From contig JBDRVN010000016.1 of assembly GCA_039801885.1 (NCBI GenBank), positions 1 through 30,438 of the forward strand: DNA of 30,438 nt. Reading direction: 5' to 3'. Of this stretch, positions 26,923 through 30,438 are shown piece after piece (the first letter of the stretch is position 1; every line of letters starts with the position of its first letter). Below the pieces are notes generated by a model. The model was not told the origin of the DNA. It did not search any database and was given only the letters and a program-made list of their open reading frames with translations. Source of the stretch: a candidate division WOR-3 bacterium (lineage in GTDB: Bacteria; Hydrothermota; Tepidihabitantia; Tepidihabitantales; DTDR01). Made by a program: the position numbers and the translations under genes.

Positions 26923-29859
26923 ATTCTTTTTATTTTCTTTAAGGTTAATTATATAAATACCTTTGGGAAGTTCTTTCATATCTAAAACAATCTCTTTCTC
27001 TTTTGGTTTTAAACTTTTTACTTTTGAGCCTGATAGATTATAAATTGAAATCTCTTTTTCTTTCTCTAAATTAAGTTTAACTTGGGAAGCAATGATTGTT
27101 AGATAAAAAATTTTTTCTTTTTGATTTTTAAAATCTTGACAGATACAGACAACCTGGGGCCAAACATTGGTAAATCTTATCGCCCTTTCCCTTATTATTC
27201 CCTCCTGGGGATAATTAATTCCAATCGTATTGGTGTAGTCTTCAATTCCAATTGTAGAGGAAGTAAAACCATTTCTTGTTTTGTATTGGAAGAGAATTTT
27301 ATTATAGCCATTGGGACCGGCAACTGTTGAATCATAAATAATCACTTGGAATTTATCCCAAACTTCTCTCGGATTGTAATAATGAACACTATCCCACTCA
27401 ATTATTATCCGGTGATTTAAACTATCATACAAAAACCAAATCCCATTACTTTGAGGCGGATATAAATCATCCCAATTAGGACAAATCATCGCACTCGGAT
27501 TTGTTGATGTCGGGTCAGGTAATGGTTGATTACTATAACTAATTGATGTTGTTCTCATTGGTGTTATCCAGCCATTAGAACATATTGATAAAGAATCATT
27601 ATAGATAACTCCATAATATTTGAAACTAAAGGGCCATTTTATTCTGATTGTCTGGTCATCGTTAGTTATGGGCAATCTTATACCGATATTTCTTATCTCA
27701 ATCCATTCGTATCTTGGACATTCAGTATAAGTAGAACAAGAATTATCATAAGCCCAATAGATATATTGATTATCAGGTATCGGGCAAGTTGCTGTGCCAC
27801 CGCCGGTTTGAATCCTAATATTTACCGAATCTAAATAATTGTTAGCAACCATAATTAGTCTAAAATTTGTCTGCCATCTTGGTGGTGTATTCGGTGAGAT
27901 AAATATCCGTGGGTCTAATGGACCAACTTCTGAATCTGGTAAGATATCACCAAAATAGGTAATTGAATCAATAATAGTAATAAATGTATCACTTGTCCTT
28001 AAAATTGTATATACTGACTCGGCAGTTTCATTTCCCATATTTCTTATTTTAAATAAAAGTGATACCAATTCATTTGGTTCTGCTCTTCCATTGCCGTTAC
28101 CATTTGGTGGAGTATCAATTATTCCAAAAAGAGAAGGTGTTAATAATGGACCAGGAGAAGTATAAGCAACAATCGCATCCAAATCAAAGCCAGCAGTCGG
28201 CGAAGAACTGCCATCACCATCATCAACAATTTTTATATACCGTGCCCAATTTAAACCACTTCTACTTAAATCAAAAGCAGCGGTTCCAGTATCACTTCCA
28301 CAAAAATAGAAAGGACCGTTCCAATTCTGAGAGACATAAACATTATAACCCTCATGGTCATTATCATTCTCATAAACAAAAAAGTCAATTCCTGGTTGAT
28401 TTAAAACCGGTTTTAACACATCAATAACAATCCAACCATTAATTCCCAAAGATATTCTTCGGTCATCAGGATATCCTAATGCCAAGTTAGAAAAACTGGG
28501 AATAACATTGTTATCTCTATGCCTTAACATTGTTGTTATAAAACCAAAATATCTTGGATTAGTATCGGGTGATAATTTAACTTCTAAGAAAATTGCGGTA
28601 TCTTGCGGTGATATAACATTTTCAATAATTTTTGTTTGATAACCAGGCGCCATTATTTTTAAACTATATGTATCGGGTAACAATGGTCTCATAAAATATC
28701 CATCTACTGAATCAGAATATACCGGCCAGAAAGTATCAACTTGAATTAATGCTTTTATCGGTTGATTGGTAAAAGAATCTTTCACCACACCTTCAATTCC
28801 AATTTTAATCTTTATTATCAAATTTTTCATTGCCTGAATTTCTCTATTAGTTATTGGTTCAATTGAATCTGCTGGTGGTGTCTTTATATAACATATTTCT
28901 GTTGTCCAAGATATCGCACCATAAACACCATAGGCATAATCTTTTGAACAGCCGTGAATCTCATACATTCCACGGTAACCTTGGGCATAGGGATAACCCG
29001 TAAAACTTGCATATTCTCGGGCAAAGGTTCCAATTACTAAAGCACTATCAGGTGGTGTAAAAGGTGAATAACTCCAAGGACAAGAAATAAATAATGTTCC
29101 TGCGTGATAAGAAGTCCAATGAGAAAAATGGCATCTTGCTGATAAATTTCTAAATGCCCTTGTCTCTGGTTGGGAAAAGGCATCAGGACTTCCCCAACCA
29201 GTATCCCAAGCATATCCATAATCCCTATTTAAATCAACACCATTAGCATTTTCTCGTGTATTACTAATATGACCATCAGGATTAACAACCGGTGAAATCC
29301 AAATCTCCCTGCTATTTACAATCTGAGTAACCAATGGGTCAACACCATAATTTAATACTAAATATCTCAAAATACCAAAGGCCGCTTCCGAACCAATTTT
29401 CTCATCACCATGGGTATTTCCTTCAATTAATATTTCTGGCTCATATTCTTCTATATCTGGATTATCAGTTATCTTCATCACAACAATCGGTCTATTTTGA
29501 ACTGAGAACCCAATCGTCTCTAATCTACATATGTGAGAAAAATTTATTGCTAAAATATGTAAGGTATCTAAAAATTCCTGATAAGTATGATAACGGGCAT
29601 CAGCAAAATTATCCTCATAATATTTTGTCACATTATAAATCAATATCTCATAATCATAACCCATCTTTTTTATCTCATTCTCTCTTCCGATTGGCACCTC
29701 AATTATTAAATTCCCATCTTGAAAGCCATTAATAACAAAACCTTTCTTATCAAAAAGAAGAATCTTATCCTTCTCAACATTCTTTACCTTTACCAAATGA
29801 TAATATTCCTTAGCATTTAAAACAAAAAAGAAAAATAAAACAATAAATATTTTTCTCAT
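26899..29859 (-). CDS. Secreted M14 zinc carboxypeptidase, multidomain, with T9SS-like CTD
   Basis: HGDE, VNPDG, RENANGVDLNRDY, SQPET, SYHAG, TTEI; carboxypeptidase regulatory-like domain; AGGAGGT SD. Confidence 0.93.
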   Translation of the reverse strand: MRKIFIVLFFFFVLNAKEYYHLVKVKNVEKDKILLFDKKGFVINGFQDGNLIIEVPIGRENEIKKMGYDYEILIYNVTKYYEDNFADARYHTYQEFLDTLHILAINFSHICRLETIGFSVQNRPIVVMKITDNPDIEEYEPEILIEGNTHGDEKIGSEAAFGILRYLVLNYGVDPLVTQIVNSREIWISPVVNPDGHISNTRENANGVDLNRDYGYAWDTGWGSPDAFSQPETRAFRNLSARCHFSHWTSYHAGTLFISCPWSYSPFTPPDSALVIGTFAREYASFTGYPYAQGYRGMYEIHGCSKDYAYGVYGAISWTTEICYIKTPPADSIEPITNREIQAMKNLIIKIKIGIEGVVKDSFTNQPIKALIQVDTFWPVYSDSVDGYFMRPLLPDTYSLKIMAPGYQTKIIENVISPQDTAIFLEVKLSPDTNPRYFGFITTMLRHRDNNVIPSFSNLALGYPDDRRISLGINGWIVIDVLKPVLNQPGIDFFVYENDNDHEGYNVYVSQNWNGPFYFCGSDTGTAAFDLSRSGLNWARYIKIVDDGDGSSSPTAGFDLDAIVAYTSPGPLLTPSLFGIIDTPPNGNGNGRAEPNELVSLLFKIRNMGNETAESVYTILRTSDTFITIIDSITYFGDILPDSEVGPLDPRIFISPNTPPRWQTNFRLIMVANNYLDSVNIRIQTGGGTATCPIPDNQYIYWAYDNSCSTYTECPRYEWIEIRNIGIRLPITNDDQTIRIKWPFSFKYYGVIYNDSLSICSNGWITPMRTTSISYSNQPLPDPTSTNPSAMICPNWDDLYPPQSNGIWFLYDSLNHRIIIEWDSVHYYNPREVWDKFQVIIYDSTVAGPNGYNKILFQYKTRNGFTSSTIGIEDYTNTIGINYPQEGIIRERAIRFTNVWPQVVCICQDFKNQKEKIFYLTIIASQVKLNLEKEKEISIYNLSGSKVKSLKPKEKEIVLDMKELPKGIYIINLKENKKNLKVIKIR

Positions 29860-29889
29860 CTTTACCTCCTTTTATTTTTCATTTCTTAT

Positions 29890-29917
29890 ATTATAGAACA
29901 AAATAGATATTTGTCAA
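29890..29917 (-). promoter_or_regulatory. Sigma70 promoter of the M14 peptidase gene
   Basis: Consensus TTGACA(29917-29912)-16 nt-TATAAT(29895-29890). Confidence 0.7.
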
Positions 29918-29994
29918 TTTGTTTTTAACTATTATCACTTAAAAGACATAAAAATATATTCTAAATTTTTCTAAGAATTATCCATATCAAGGCA

Positions 29995-30151
29995 TATCCA
30001 AGGTGGTATAGTATATAGCCCCCTATCTAACAGGCTGAAATTAGTTAAATTATTAAATCTCAAATACTTACATAAAAATTTCGTAAAATAAAAAGTTTCC
30101 ATACAGGAAACTTTTAAAATTATGTAAGTAACATAAAATCAATAGTTTATA
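29995..30151 (-). repeat. Dispersed 157-bp modular repeat, copy 2 (inverted relative to copy 1)
   Basis: TATCCAAGGTGGTATAGTATATAGCCCCCTATC (29995-30027), TCAAATACTTA (30060-30070), AAAAGTTTCC-ATACA-GGAAACTTTT (30091-30115). Confidence 0.9.
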
Positions 30152-30181
30152 GCAATATTTTATTTACCAAAAGAGTAGATT

Positions 30182-30438
30182 TTAAAATAGGATTAATTTT
30201 TTCTTAAATATTCGACCATTATTTTTAAAGGTAACGAAATAGATTCTCTTCTTTTTTAACTCCTTTTCTTTTTTTCCGTAGATATTATAGAATAAAAGGT
30301 TATCTTTTCCAAGGGTCTTTAATAGGTCTTTTGCTTTTAAAAATGTTGGTAAAGAGAAAATGTTAAATTCTTTTTCAGTAATACCAACCTCTTTTTTATA
30401 TAACTGAAGATTTATTATCATTTCTATCGTATTATTGA
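30182..30438 (-). CDS. C-terminal part of another secreted protein with T9SS-like CTD; starts beyond the right edge
   Basis: Frame stays open from 30421 to the window edge; GITE...FYNIYGK...RIYFV...KKLILF matches the other CTDs. Confidence 0.75.
   Translation of the reverse strand, partial: NNTIEMIINLQLYKKEVGITEKEFNIFSLPTFLKAKDLLKTLGKDNLLFYNIYGKKEKELKKKRIYFVTFKNNGRIFKKKLILF

Noticed and set aside
18821-27519. Diversity-generating retroelement TR/VR pair
   Set aside because: No reverse transcriptase; both copies are in coding domains, and differences across the module are not adenine-specific.
2820-29732. Other short ORF-track entries nested in or antisense to long genes (e.g. 2820, 6217, 7126, 13400, 13645, 14364, 15061, 15218, 15681, 20167, 20772, 21547, 22913, 24709, 25206, 27121, 28059, 29037, 29334)
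   Set aside because: They fully overlap well-supported genes and show no recognisable motifs.
10387-30151. The two repeats as terminal inverted repeats of a composite transposon
   Set aside because: No transposase or integrase, no visible target-site duplication, and the enclosed genes are housekeeping (rnf, HU, tRNA-fMet).

Overview
AT-rich bacterial chromosomal window. Lys/Glu-rich proteins and many secreted proteins with T9SS/Por-like C-terminal domains (CTDs) suggest an anaerobic FCB-related lineage such as WOR-3; this taxonomy is inference. Left to right: (i) a minus-strand nucleotide-sugar operon (ugd, UDP-glucuronate decarboxylase, Cas4/RecB-like nuclease, Gfo/Idh/MocA oxidoreductase, GT2) plus a partial CESA-like GT2; (ii) two secreted beta-propeller proteins; (iii) an XRE-HTH protein with an unusual duplicated helical C-terminus; (iv) a complete rnfCDGEAB operon; (v) FmdB zinc ribbon, HU/IHF and a 29-aa bS22/AURKAIP1-like gene missed by the ORF track; (vi) an MFS transporter; (vii) secreted S8, M23, M1 and M14 peptidases around an initiator tRNA-Met. 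The best novelty candidate has two parts. The HTH protein (9386-10285) carries two C-terminal units whose residue pattern resembles the SIRV2-fold DNA-wrapping capsid protein of archaeal filamentous viruses. A 157-bp modular non-coding element lies just upstream of that gene (10387-10543) and recurs, inverted and with identical internal spacing, at 29995-30151.
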